A stretch of DNA of 64,000 bases from Candidatus Woesebacteria bacterium RIFCSPHIGHO2_01_FULL_38_10. Its GTDB lineage: Bacteria > Patescibacteriota > Microgenomatia > UBA8517. How positions within the stretch are numbered: position 1 is the first letter of the stretch; each line of letters opens with the position of its first letter. The position numbers and the translations under genes are program-made. Where the stretch lies: contig MGGC01000033.1 in NCBI GenBank assembly GCA_001792215.1, forward strand, positions 2,527 to 66,526. Reading direction: 5' to 3'. The notes below the pieces were generated by a model, which was not told the origin of the DNA, ran no database searches, and saw nothing but the letters and a program-made list of their open reading frames with translations. Below, in pieces: positions 46,289-55,925 of the stretch.

Positions 46289-46522
46289 ATGTCAGAAAAA
46301 CCTCCAAAAAAATTAACAACAGAATTGGACGGCGAAAATGTAACTTTAGATGTAGGTCGCAATTTAATGTCAGATGGAAGTATAGTTCTTGTTGACCGTG
46401 TACCGCATGCTAGGCACGAAGGTTCTTTTCAAATAGCTCAGGTTAAACCAGGAGAACAAGGTAAACCAGGAAAATTAATTAGAGGAAAAGTAGTGCGAGC
46501 TTCCACTTCCGAGACGGAATAG
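46289..46522 (+). CDS. Hypothetical small protein (77 aa).
   Basis: ORF only. Confidence 0.3.
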   Translation: MSEKPPKKLTTELDGENVTLDVGRNLMSDGSIVLVDRVPHARHEGSFQIAQVKPGEQGKPGKLIRGKVVRASTSETE

Positions 46523-46534
46523 ACCGACACTCTC

Positions 46535-47101
46535 TTACAAACCAACCTCTTTTACAATTTCTCTAAGCAGTTCCTCTTTTGTCTTTGATCCGTCTAAATG
46601 AATTGTTGATGGAGGAAGAAGGTCTTTCGCAATTTTATTCATTAAAGTAAGATCCTTCAAAGTAAACCTGGGTTTTTTGCCTTCTTCTTTTTGCCTTTGC
46701 TGAGAAATTTGCGGATCTGTTTCAAAACTAAAAATTAAATCTGTAAGTGACAAAAAAGGTTTCAAAAATAAAGAAAGCTCTCGATATTGTCTTGCAGTAA
46801 TTAAACCTTTCTCCTTAAGGAGATTTATAAAAACAATCTGATCCCAAAGTCCCCTATCTAGGATTAAAAATTCAGGTTTACTCTCAGTGCCAGAGTTCTT
46901 AAACTCTAAGATTTTATTAACAATTGAAAATATCACCCAAATTTGCTGTTCAAAATGAGCTCCTTTCTTATCCTTGAAAGGGCACATTCTGTAGCCTTCG
47001 TAAACCGGAGAAACTTTTTCTTCTCCCAAATAATCAATAAGCCTTTTGACTAAAGCAGATTTCCCTGACTTGGGAGTTCCTGTAAATTCAATTACTTTCA
47101 T
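46535..47101 (-). CDS. P-loop kinase-like protein (deoxynucleoside/nucleotide kinase-like).
   Basis: 188 aa with Walker A GTPKSGKS near the N-terminus. Confidence 0.45.
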   Translation of the reverse strand: MKVIEFTGTPKSGKSALVKRLIDYLGEEKVSPVYEGYRMCPFKDKKGAHFEQQIWVIFSIVNKILEFKNSGTESKPEFLILDRGLWDQIVFINLLKEKGLITARQYRELSLFLKPFLSLTDLIFSFETDPQISQQRQKEEGKKPRFTLKDLTLMNKIAKDLLPPSTIHLDGSKTKEELLREIVKEVGL

Positions 47102-47121
47102 AATCCTAAAAAGCTTTAAAC

Positions 47122-48624
47122 TTAACTGTCTAATCTTCTCAATTGCTTTGCTATTGAGTGTTTGGCTTGCAAAGTTACCACAAAATCAAGCCAGCGACTG
47201 CTCGGCTTTTTCGGACTTTTCCCCTTGATAACCTCCACTACATCGCCGCTTTCAAGTTTTTTACTAAGAGGAGAAATTTTCTCATTAACTTTTGCACTCT
47301 TTACATATTTGCCTAAACCAGTATGAACTGCATAGGCAAAGTCGATAGGAGTAGCACCAGAGGGCAAATCATAAACATCACCTTTTGGAGAAAAGACAAA
47401 GATTCGCCTACTCAAGGTATCAAATTTAACGGCTTTTAAAAACTCTTCTGAGTCGGTAATCACTTTTTGCCATTCTGTTAACTGTTTTACCCAGGCAAGT
47501 TTATCTTTATCTACACTTATGCCCCTTGCCAATAGTTCATCTTTTACTCCTTTTGACTTTGCTTGAGAATATGCCCAATGAGCAGCCATTCCAAATTCTG
47601 CTTGCTCATGCATAGTATAAGTTCTAATTTGCACTTCAATAATTTTCTGCCCAGGGCTAAAGACTATTGTGTGGATTGACTGATAACCGTTTGGTTTGGG
47701 CTGGGCAATAAAATCTGAAACTCCTATGTGAGGAACCAGTTTATAGCATTGATGGACTATTCCTAAAGCGGCGTAACATTGGGAAACTGTATCAACTAAA
47801 ATCCTTAGTGCACCAATGTCATAAATTCTCTCAAAATTCCAATTAACCCCAGGCCTCTCTAATTTTTTCCATAGGGAATACAAATGCTTTTTTCGAGTAT
47901 CAATTTTTGCTTTTATAGCCTGATCAGACAATTTTTTAAGAAGAGTCCTTTTCATTTTTTTAATCCGCAAATCTGCCTTTTTATAATGAACTTGCGACTT
48001 TTCTTTAACTTTTTCGTATTCGGCAGGATAAACATAAGGGAATGCCAAATCATCAAGTTCGGCCTTAACTTCTCCCATTCCAAGTCTTTCCACAAGAGGA
48101 GCAAATACTTCCAGTGTTTCCTTGGCTATTCTTTCCTGCTTTTCTTCTGCTACATACGAAAGCGTCTGCATATTGTGAAGCCTGTCAGCAAGTTTAACCA
48201 AAACAACTCTTAGATCTTTTGCCATTGCCAAAAACATCTTTCTTAGGTTTTCAACAAATTCTTCTTCCTTTTTTCCACGCAACTTGACGTTTGAGACTTT
48301 TGTGACACCGCTAACCAATCCGGTTACTTCTTCACCAAAATTGTCAATAATATCTTCATTTGTAGCCGCTCCATCCTCTACAACATCATGTAAAAGTCCT
48401 GCCGCAATCGTCTTTATGTCAAGCTTCCAATTTGCCAAATTTTTAGCAGTTTCCAGTTCATGCAACACATAAGGGTCTCCGGACAAGCGTTTCTGTCCAC
48501 TATGGGCTAGTTTTGAAAATTTCCAGACTTTTTTCAAAAACTTAACATCCAATTCGTCGGCATTGTACCCTTTGATTTTGACTATCAACTTTTCAAACTC
48601 CTTTTCCAAAGATCTCTTCATCAT
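47122..48624 (-). CDS. rel: RelA/SpoT-family (p)ppGpp synthetase/hydrolase.
   Basis: 500 aa. HD hydrolase domain (GLLHDVVEDG), synthetase domain (YDIGALRILVD), TGS domain (VFSPKGDVYDLPSGATPIDFAYAVHTGLG). Confidence 0.85.
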   Translation of the reverse strand: MMKRSLEKEFEKLIVKIKGYNADELDVKFLKKVWKFSKLAHSGQKRLSGDPYVLHELETAKNLANWKLDIKTIAAGLLHDVVEDGAATNEDIIDNFGEEVTGLVSGVTKVSNVKLRGKKEEEFVENLRKMFLAMAKDLRVVLVKLADRLHNMQTLSYVAEEKQERIAKETLEVFAPLVERLGMGEVKAELDDLAFPYVYPAEYEKVKEKSQVHYKKADLRIKKMKRTLLKKLSDQAIKAKIDTRKKHLYSLWKKLERPGVNWNFERIYDIGALRILVDTVSQCYAALGIVHQCYKLVPHIGVSDFIAQPKPNGYQSIHTIVFSPGQKIIEVQIRTYTMHEQAEFGMAAHWAYSQAKSKGVKDELLARGISVDKDKLAWVKQLTEWQKVITDSEEFLKAVKFDTLSRRIFVFSPKGDVYDLPSGATPIDFAYAVHTGLGKYVKSAKVNEKISPLSKKLESGDVVEVIKGKSPKKPSSRWLDFVVTLQAKHSIAKQLRRLDS

Positions 48625-48673
48625 ATTTCTATAAGATTGAAAAATTATCTTTTGCTACACTTCCAAGATTTTT

Positions 48674-50575
48674 TCAAAAAAACTTTATATCTCTAATCCT
48701 AAGTTCCAAATTTTTTCTGCCATTCCAGTCATTCTCGAAAATATTATAAGCAACATCTATAGTTTTTCTAGTCAAAAACCTTGAAAAAAGCTCTCCGAGT
48801 CCAAATCCAATTACTGCAAAAACTTTCCCGTCCTTTTCAAGGCTAAGTCTCAAATGACTTCCCTCTTTCCCAAGCATTCTTGCATTTAAAACGTTAACAC
48901 TTCTGGTTACAAATGTCGGTGTTGGGTTACCTATTCCTGTTGGCTCAAAACCCTTCAAAGCTTCTGCCAAATCCCAAACGATATTACTAAATTCAAGCTC
49001 AGTATCGATTCTTACTTTCCTTTGTAGAAGCTCATCAGTCAGTAATAATGATGAAATTTTATCAAATTCCTGAGCAAAAACTTCAATTTTATCTGTCTTT
49101 ATCGTAAATCCAGCGGCCATTGAATGACCACCTCCGCCGACTATCAGTGAATCCAATTTTCGGATACTCTCAATTATGTTAAAACCCGGAACGGATCTGG
49201 CCGATGCTTTGGAAAATCCTTCCCCGCGTGAAACCACGACCACAGGTCGCCAGAATTCCTCAACCAGTTTTGAGGCAGCCAAACCGATAACACCCTCATG
49301 ATACGATTCATGCGCCAAAACTATTGCCCCTTGCCAATTTTTCACCCGTGCCTTTTCTCTGGCATGCAAAACCACCTTGTCCAAAATCTTCTGTCTTTGA
49401 GCATTTGTTTTACCCAGTAGTTTAGCTAGTTCAAATGCCCTTTTCTTATTTGTGGTACACAAAAGTCTCAAAGAATCTAGTGCATGCTCCATTCTCCCCA
49501 TCGCATTAATTCTTGGAGCAATTATGTAATTAACTTCGTATGTCCCAATTTTTTTAAGGTTCGGAACCTTTCGCACCTTTTGGCTAGTCAAACCCGACTC
49601 CTGAAACAGTGCAATAAGCCCGGGTCGCTTTGTCTTATTTAAGCTTACCAAACCGTATCTTACTAAAGACCTGTTTGGGCCAATTAAGGGTAACTGATCG
49701 GCAATCGTCCCTATGGCGCAAAGGTCTAAACTTTCATTATTTTCCGTTTGGAGGTTTGGAGTTTTGGTGATCTTTATTTTTCTTTTGATTTCTCTTGCCA
49801 ACACCCAGGCAATTCCCGATCCACTTATCTTTTCCGTATGAATTATCGAATATGCTTTGGGAAGCTTTTTCCCCTTCTTATGATGATCAGTTATTATCAC
49901 ATCAATTCCCAGCTCACTCGCAGCATCAACCGCATCGTGGGCGACAATACCATTATCAACAGTTACTATAACTTTTAATTTTTCATTTTTACTTTTTAAT
50001 TTTTGAATGCTATCTGCATTCAAACCGTATCCTTCAGAAAACCTGTCCGGGATATAAGGAAGAACATTTCGGCTAAAAGAATAAAGACATTCCCAAAGTA
50101 TTGCTGTTGCACAAATTCCATCAGCATCATAGTCTCCATATATAACAATGCCTTCTTCACTCTTAATAGCGTCCTTGATCCGTCTTATAGTCTCTTCGAT
50201 TTCCTTTTGATTTATACTTAAACTTTTTACTGAAATCTTTTCAGGATGAACTGGGTTAAAAAACTCCTCTTTTTCCCTTTTTCCCTTTAACCCTCTATTT
50301 TCCAAAAGTACGTCAATTATCTTACCAACTTTGAACTTACCCAGTATCTCCCACTTTTTATCCGCCTTCGCAGAAAACCTACGAGCTGTCAAGCTCGCGG
50401 ATGAATGCGAAGCATTTTCCGCTTCGGCGGATTTTGCTCCGACGAAGCGGGCGGAGAAGATACCACTGGCGTAAGCCAGTGGAGCTTCATCCTGATTAGT
50501 CATTTTATTCACGCTTAAAGTATAATGGTAACAAATGAAAATAAACTTACCAAAAAAAGTAAAACAAATCATCAA
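48674..50575 (-). CDS. recJ: Single-stranded-DNA-specific exonuclease RecJ; the listed N-terminus includes a GC-rich, possibly non-native segment.
   Basis: DHH motifs (IYGDYDADGICATAIL, VIITDHHKK), DHHA1 domain (GGGHSMAAG), OB-fold C-terminus. The conserved RecJ N-terminus (KKWEILGK...) is preceded by about 45 aa encoded by a GC-rich hairpin-rich stretch. Confidence 0.85.
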   Translation of the reverse strand: MMICFTFFGKFIFICYHYTLSVNKMTNQDEAPLAYASGIFSARFVGAKSAEAENASHSSASLTARRFSAKADKKWEILGKFKVGKIIDVLLENRGLKGKREKEEFFNPVHPEKISVKSLSINQKEIEETIRRIKDAIKSEEGIVIYGDYDADGICATAILWECLYSFSRNVLPYIPDRFSEGYGLNADSIQKLKSKNEKLKVIVTVDNGIVAHDAVDAASELGIDVIITDHHKKGKKLPKAYSIIHTEKISGSGIAWVLAREIKRKIKITKTPNLQTENNESLDLCAIGTIADQLPLIGPNRSLVRYGLVSLNKTKRPGLIALFQESGLTSQKVRKVPNLKKIGTYEVNYIIAPRINAMGRMEHALDSLRLLCTTNKKRAFELAKLLGKTNAQRQKILDKVVLHAREKARVKNWQGAIVLAHESYHEGVIGLAASKLVEEFWRPVVVVSRGEGFSKASARSVPGFNIIESIRKLDSLIVGGGGHSMAAGFTIKTDKIEVFAQEFDKISSLLLTDELLQRKVRIDTELEFSNIVWDLAEALKGFEPTGIGNPTPTFVTRSVNVLNARMLGKEGSHLRLSLEKDGKVFAVIGFGLGELFSRFLTRKTIDVAYNIFENDWNGRKNLELRIRDIKFF

Positions 50576-52013
50576 AAATCTAGAAGAAAAAGGGGTTGAA
50601 ATCTACATTGTCGGCGGGGCAGTTCGCGACATTCTAATGGCAAAGTTAGTATATGATTGGGATTTTACAACAAATGCAACGCCAGATACTATCCAAAAAT
50701 TATTTCCTGATTCCTTCTATGACAATAAATTCGGAACCGTTGGAATTCCAAGCGAAGTTGAGGGAGAAAGATCTTATGAAATTACGACCTTCAGAACCGA
50801 ACATGGGTATTCTGATGCCAGACGGCCTGACAAAGTTGAATGGGGGAAAACTTTGGAAGAAGATCTCAAAAGACGAGATTTTACGATTAATGCAATGGCC
50901 CTTCGACTCACTTCGTTCGCTCAGAGTAAACCCGCAAAACACTCATCGGGTGACCGGCTTGTCCGCCGAAGCCTCGGCAAAGGCGGAGTGGACTCCCGTG
51001 GGGCAGACGCTTGGAACGAAAACGAAGCAGAGGTTGAATTAATAGATCTTTATGCCGGCAAGAAAGATCTTGATAATAAACTCATCCGAGCAGTTGGTGA
51101 TCCGAACGAGCGATTCTCAGAGGATGCTCTTCGTATGATGCGGGCAGTAAGAATTGCCTCAGAACTTAATTTTAAGATCCAGCCGGCAACCCTTACAGCA
51201 ATCCAAAAAAACGTTAGTTTAATCGCAAAAATTGCAAGAGAAAGAGTCAGGGATGAACTTCTTAAAATACTTTCCTCTCCGCACGCTTACCAAGGAATGA
51301 CACTTTTCCGAGAAACTGGTCTGATGGAAAAAATCTTGCCGGAAATGCAACAAACATTCGGGGTAGATCAAAAGTCGCCGGGAAGACACCACATCCACGA
51401 CGTGGGAACACACCTGATGCTTTCCTTAAAACATGTGCTCCAAAGAAACCCCGATCCCATCACAAGATTTGCGACTCTTATACACGATATTGGAAAGCCG
51501 CACACGAAAAAAGTGTTGGAAAACGGTGTTATCACTTTCTACAATCATGAAATGGTCAGTGCAAAGATAGCCAGAAGAATTGCAGCAAGACTTAAGTTTT
51601 CCAAAAAGCAAAGTGAAAAACTCTATAAACTAGTTCGTTGGCATCAATTCTCGGTTGATGAAACCCAAACAGATTCGGCCTTAAGACGCTTTATAAGAAA
51701 TGTTGGAGTAGAAACCGTTCTGGACATCTTGGATTTAAGAGTCGGTGATAGATTAGGAGGAGGAGCAAGAGAAACCTCATGGCGATTGGAAGAATTTAAA
51801 AAGCGTCTAATTGAGGTCCAAAAACAACCATTTACAGTTCATGATTTAAAAATCTCAGGCTTTGATGTCATGGAGGCATTCAAAATTCCCCCAGGACCGA
51901 AAGTAGGAGAGGTGCTAGAAAAACTTTATAAGGAGGTAGTTGAGAAAAAAATTGAAAACGAAAAGGACGCACTCTTAAAACGCTTAGGGGTCATTTCAAA
52001 ACCTCACATCTAA
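50535..52013 (+). CDS. cca: CCA-adding enzyme (tRNA nucleotidyltransferase, Pol-beta head plus HD domain).
   Basis: 492 aa. GGAVRDILM, RRDFTINAMA, HD region (HHIHDVGTHL...IHDIGKP). Contains a roughly 42-aa GC-rich insertion after RRDFTINAMA. Confidence 0.85.
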   Translation: MKINLPKKVKQIIKNLEEKGVEIYIVGGAVRDILMAKLVYDWDFTTNATPDTIQKLFPDSFYDNKFGTVGIPSEVEGERSYEITTFRTEHGYSDARRPDKVEWGKTLEEDLKRRDFTINAMALRLTSFAQSKPAKHSSGDRLVRRSLGKGGVDSRGADAWNENEAEVELIDLYAGKKDLDNKLIRAVGDPNERFSEDALRMMRAVRIASELNFKIQPATLTAIQKNVSLIAKIARERVRDELLKILSSPHAYQGMTLFRETGLMEKILPEMQQTFGVDQKSPGRHHIHDVGTHLMLSLKHVLQRNPDPITRFATLIHDIGKPHTKKVLENGVITFYNHEMVSAKIARRIAARLKFSKKQSEKLYKLVRWHQFSVDETQTDSALRRFIRNVGVETVLDILDLRVGDRLGGGARETSWRLEEFKKRLIEVQKQPFTVHDLKISGFDVMEAFKIPPGPKVGEVLEKLYKEVVEKKIENEKDALLKRLGVISKPHI

Positions 52014-52032
52014 TTACTTCTAGGTGACTTAA

Positions 52033-52914
52033 TTAAGGTAAGCTTTCGCAAACTTTCCCATCACCATCTCGGTCGAGTTTGTGAACGTCATTAGCTACCC
52101 CACCGCAAGTTTCAAAAACACCTTGCGCCTCAGCTTGAGTTTTAAAATCACTACAGTTATATTTATTCAAACTACACTCAATAGTATCCGTGGACTGGTT
52201 CACAGTAACATTATCGTCTTCATTTGGCACTTTTGATACATCCGATACTTCTTCTTGGCAACTACTCCATAACCCGCGTCTTTCCTCCCTTGCCTCTTTC
52301 TCTGCCTCTTTAAACAATAGTTGATATTTAACATCAGGTGGATAAGTTGCACCTAGCGCATATCCCTCTTTTACCAAATATTCATTAACAAATACTTCAT
52401 TCTCGCTCTTACTCTTACTGTTACTCTTACTCACATACACATACCTCAGCAGTCTCCCATACCTATCCCTTTCCGAAACATCTCTCTCGAGCCTCACCTG
52501 TCTACCCAAAACCAGCTCTTCATTTTTCCTTTTAGCCTCTTCAGAAAAACAATTTTCAACTTGCGATATCTCGGGCGCATCAATGCCTATGTATCTAACT
52601 GTTTCGCCATCTTCTCGACCAGAGAAAGATTGTCCTTGCAAGAATACAGCCACCGTATCACCATCGATTACTTTTATAACTTTTGCCGTGCTGCCATTAT
52701 TTATATTTACTACCCTTTCACCCATTACCTCGGAAGTCGAGGCCGAATTTTCTTGAGAAGATTGCAGTATGTTAACATCCGACAGCTCTCTAACAAGAGG
52801 TTTTTGCAGTCTACTCACAAAAACAAAGATAAAAACCATGTTCAAAAATAAGGAAAAAAGAAGTAAGCTTTTTCTTTTACTCATTTGGAAAAAAGGCAGG
52901 GATGTCTGAAACAA
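52033..52914 (-). CDS. Secreted thermonuclease (SNase-like) with a C-terminal Excalibur calcium-binding domain.
   Basis: 293 aa with a signal/TM N-terminus. SNase motifs ([38 protein letters not shown]). Excalibur motif [10 protein letters not shown]. Confidence 0.8.
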   Translation of the reverse strand: MFQTSLPFFQMSKRKSLLLFSLFLNMVFIFVFVSRLQKPLVRELSDVNILQSSQENSASTSEVMGERVVNINNGSTAKVIKVIDGDTVAVFLQGQSFSGREDGETVRYIGIDAPEISQVENCFSEEAKRKNEELVLGRQVRLERDVSERDRYGRLLRYVYVSKSNSKSKSENEVFVNEYLVKEGYALGATYPPDVKYQLLFKEAEKEAREERRGLWSSCQEEVSDVSKVPNEDDNVTVNQSTDTIECSLNKYNCSDFKTQAEAQGVFETCGGVANDVHKLDRDGDGKVCESLP

Positions 52915-52926
52915 AAAGGTCCATGC

Positions 52927-53871
52927 TCAACCGGTTTTACTTTTTTTCGAAGGATTTTTCCTAAAAACCTTATCCCAGCTGACCAAAAGTGGAACTGCAA
53001 CAAAGGGTGAAGAATAAGTTCCCAGGATAGTGCCCAGAAAAAGGGCAACAGCAAACCACCTGATGCTTACTCCACCAAGAAGAATTAAAGATGTGAGCAT
53101 AAAGAGAATTGTAAAAGAGTTGTTAAGAGAACGAACCATTGTCTCAGTTACAGCCTGATTGGCAAGTCTGGAAAAAGAATCTTTCAGCAAGTTGGATGAC
53201 TTTTTGGACCGGTCATCAAACTTTTTCTGTGATTCCCGGATTCTATCAAAAACAACAATTGTGTCATGAACAGAAAAGGATAAGGTAGTCAAAAGAGCGG
53301 TAACAAAAAGAAAGTCGATCTCAACATTATAAAAGTGACCTAAAAAAGAATAACCTGCGATCAATAAAAAACTATCATGAAACATGGCTAGGATTGCACT
53401 TATGCCAAACTTCAAATTTTTAAATTGATAAGCCACCCAAGCCAGTATCACTCCCGAGGCAATCAGGATTGCATAAATGGTTTTTCTTACAAGTTCAGGT
53501 CCTATCGAAGGGCCAACTGTCTCAAAACGCAGTTCCTCAACCCCGGAATAAGATAGATTTTCAAGAACTTTTTTAAGCTTTTCCTTACCTTCCTTATCCA
53601 AAGATGCCAACCTTAAAAGATATTTATTGTCTCCTAATGCTTGAATAGAATTAAGTTTTAACCCCTCTTCTTCCAATTTTTTATCTATTCCTTCAGTTGA
53701 AATCCCTTTTTCAAATTTATACTCAATTAAAGAACCACCTTTAAAATCAACTCCAAATTTTAATCCCCACTTAAAAAGACCAAGAATTCCCAATACAATC
53801 ATTAACCCCGAAAGAGTAAAAAAGATAAATTTGTAGCGCATCCAATCCATAGGTGCAATTCTGCAGGACAA
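52927..53871 (-). CDS. secF: Protein translocase subunit SecF.
   Basis: 314 aa, six TM helices, conserved FGVDFKGGS periplasmic-domain start. Confidence 0.85.
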   Translation of the reverse strand: MSCRIAPMDWMRYKFIFFTLSGLMIVLGILGLFKWGLKFGVDFKGGSLIEYKFEKGISTEGIDKKLEEEGLKLNSIQALGDNKYLLRLASLDKEGKEKLKKVLENLSYSGVEELRFETVGPSIGPELVRKTIYAILIASGVILAWVAYQFKNLKFGISAILAMFHDSFLLIAGYSFLGHFYNVEIDFLFVTALLTTLSFSVHDTIVVFDRIRESQKKFDDRSKKSSNLLKDSFSRLANQAVTETMVRSLNNSFTILFMLTSLILLGGVSIRWFAVALFLGTILGTYSSPFVAVPLLVSWDKVFRKNPSKKSKTG

Positions 53872-53885
53872 AGTAACAAATACGA

Positions 53886-55274
53886 CTAAATATTAATTCT
53901 TCGCGTCGTGTCCTTTGCCACTTTTTTTTCTTTTACGAATACTCTCAATAAATTTCTACTAACAATGATTCCCGTAAAAAGGCTAATCGCAATACCCAAT
54001 GCAAGCGTTATGGCAAAACCCCTGACAGGTCCTGATGTATGTAAAAAAGGAAAGTCCAAGGGATTAGCCAAAACAAAAGCTGCAACCAAAGTTGCAATAT
54101 TTGCATCTCTTATCGAATCCCAAGCTCTGCCAAACGAATACTCCAAAGCGTCCTGAAAATCTCTTTCTTTTATTTCCTCCTTAAGCCTCTCAAAAATTAA
54201 GATATTTGAATCCACCGCCATTCCCACACTTAGCAAAAATCCCGAAATTCCAGGTAAGGTCAAAACAATAGGTATCAGTTTATACAAAGCCAGAGTCAAA
54301 ATCCCGAATGTGATTAAGGCGACATTCGCGATCAATCCCAACTTTCCATATATAAAAACCATAAAAAGCAAAACCATAAAAAGCCCAATCAAACCTGCAT
54401 TGATACTTTTTTTGATCGATTCCGCCCCTAATGTAGCTCCAACTGTTCTTTGCTCAACCAGTCTGATAGATACGGGTAAAGCTCCAGCATTAAGTTGTAT
54501 AGCCAGATTTTTTGCCTCATCTGAACTAAAATTTCCTGTAATTTGAGCCGAGCCTCCAATAATTTTTTCTTGAACAACCGGAGCCGATATAGGATTATCA
54601 TCCAAAAGAATTGCAATTGGTTTACCAACATTCTTTTCCGTTAACCTGGCAAACTTACCAGAACCTTCATTAGTAAATTCCAAAGAAACGGAAGGTTTTC
54701 CGGTAGTTCTATCAAAAGTCACATCAGCACTCTTAAGATCAGCTCCAGTTAAATCGGTAGGGTTAATTCCAGAACCTTCTTCTCCAATTTCAGCAAAAGT
54801 TAGCTGGGCAGTTTTGCCAATAAGATCAATTGCTTTCTCTACCTCCTTGACTCCGGGAAGTTCAACAATAATCCTATCTTTACCCTGAAAAGAAGAGACT
54901 AAAACATTGGGTTCGGAAATTCCAAAAAGATTTACTCTTTTTTCGATCACCTTTCTTACCGATTCAATAGCTTTTTTCTTCTTACTCTCATCAACACTTC
55001 CAGTATCTGCTTCAAAAGCCAGGTGTGATCCTCCTGCAAGATCAAGTCCTAAAACCAAATCAAAATTCTTTTTAAAAGAGATTCCGCCAATCTTTACATT
55101 TAAATTAGGTCTTGTCAAAGTCTTATTGACAGAAATTCCAGGAAGATTTACTTTGATGGGAATTTCTTTTGGCAGACTTATAAATCCGGCCACCAAAGCC
55201 AAAATCAAAACCAAAATTAATTTTTTAAGTGGGGAAAAAAACATAAATTTAAATTTCGGTCTAATTTCTCCCAA
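53886..55274 (-). CDS. secD: Protein translocase subunit SecD.
   Basis: 462 aa. An N-terminal TM helix, a large periplasmic domain (LGLDLAGGSHL) and a C-terminal six-TM bundle. Adjacent to secF. Confidence 0.85.
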   Translation of the reverse strand: MGEIRPKFKFMFFSPLKKLILVLILALVAGFISLPKEIPIKVNLPGISVNKTLTRPNLNVKIGGISFKKNFDLVLGLDLAGGSHLAFEADTGSVDESKKKKAIESVRKVIEKRVNLFGISEPNVLVSSFQGKDRIIVELPGVKEVEKAIDLIGKTAQLTFAEIGEEGSGINPTDLTGADLKSADVTFDRTTGKPSVSLEFTNEGSGKFARLTEKNVGKPIAILLDDNPISAPVVQEKIIGGSAQITGNFSSDEAKNLAIQLNAGALPVSIRLVEQRTVGATLGAESIKKSINAGLIGLFMVLLFMVFIYGKLGLIANVALITFGILTLALYKLIPIVLTLPGISGFLLSVGMAVDSNILIFERLKEEIKERDFQDALEYSFGRAWDSIRDANIATLVAAFVLANPLDFPFLHTSGPVRGFAITLALGIAISLFTGIIVSRNLLRVFVKEKKVAKDTTRRINI

Positions 55275-55304
55275 AAAAAATCTTTGGGATTCTCTGAAGG
55301 AAGT

Positions 55305-55889
55305 TTAGCTTACAAGTTCTTCCTCATCGCCAATTATCATAACCCGACTGCGGGAAAGAATTCCCAAAAGGAAAGGGTCTCGCCTTTTTTTCCTGAACTC
55401 ATATTCATCCCTACTCATAACAGTATAGTTTATTTCCTGACCTCTTAATGTCTCTTCCTGACGGATCAGAGTGGCAAGTTCAGGCAAAACCACATCCCCA
55501 ACTACCAGAATATCTACTTCATCATCTTTTTTTCTTGGCTTTCCTCTCACAAATTTTCCTGAAAACATCACAAAGACTATTTTTCCTATTTTTTTACTGT
55601 TTTCAATAATTCCTTTACCTAATCCTTTAGACTTGGCAACTATCGCTATCAAATCTCCAAAAAAGGAGTAGTCTTTTCTTATCCAATAGTAAAGTCTATT
55701 TCCCCTGGCTTCATTTTTTAGAATACCTGCTTTATGAAGACGGTTAAGCTCCCTTCTTACAGCGTTTATCTCCTCTTTGGTTTTCCTAACTATTCCCCGA
55801 ACATGATACATCTCATTGATGTCCGACAAAAAAAGTTCCAAAATCTTAACTCTTACTTTTGAAGTAATTATGTCTGAAAGATCCGCCAT
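55305..55889 (-). CDS. Putative winged-helix transcriptional regulator with a C-terminal domain of unknown function.
   Basis: 194 aa. The N-terminal segment (KVRVKILELFLSD...VRGIVRKTKEEINAVRRELNRLHKAGIL) resembles ArsR/MarR-type wHTH. Confidence 0.4.
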   Translation of the reverse strand: MADLSDIITSKVRVKILELFLSDINEMYHVRGIVRKTKEEINAVRRELNRLHKAGILKNEARGNRLYYWIRKDYSFFGDLIAIVAKSKGLGKGIIENSKKIGKIVFVMFSGKFVRGKPRKKDDEVDILVVGDVVLPELATLIRQEETLRGQEINYTVMSRDEYEFRKKRRDPFLLGILSRSRVMIIGDEEELVS

Positions 55890-55925
55890 CTATCGATTAG
55901 GCAGGCTTTAGCAGAAGTGGAAATC

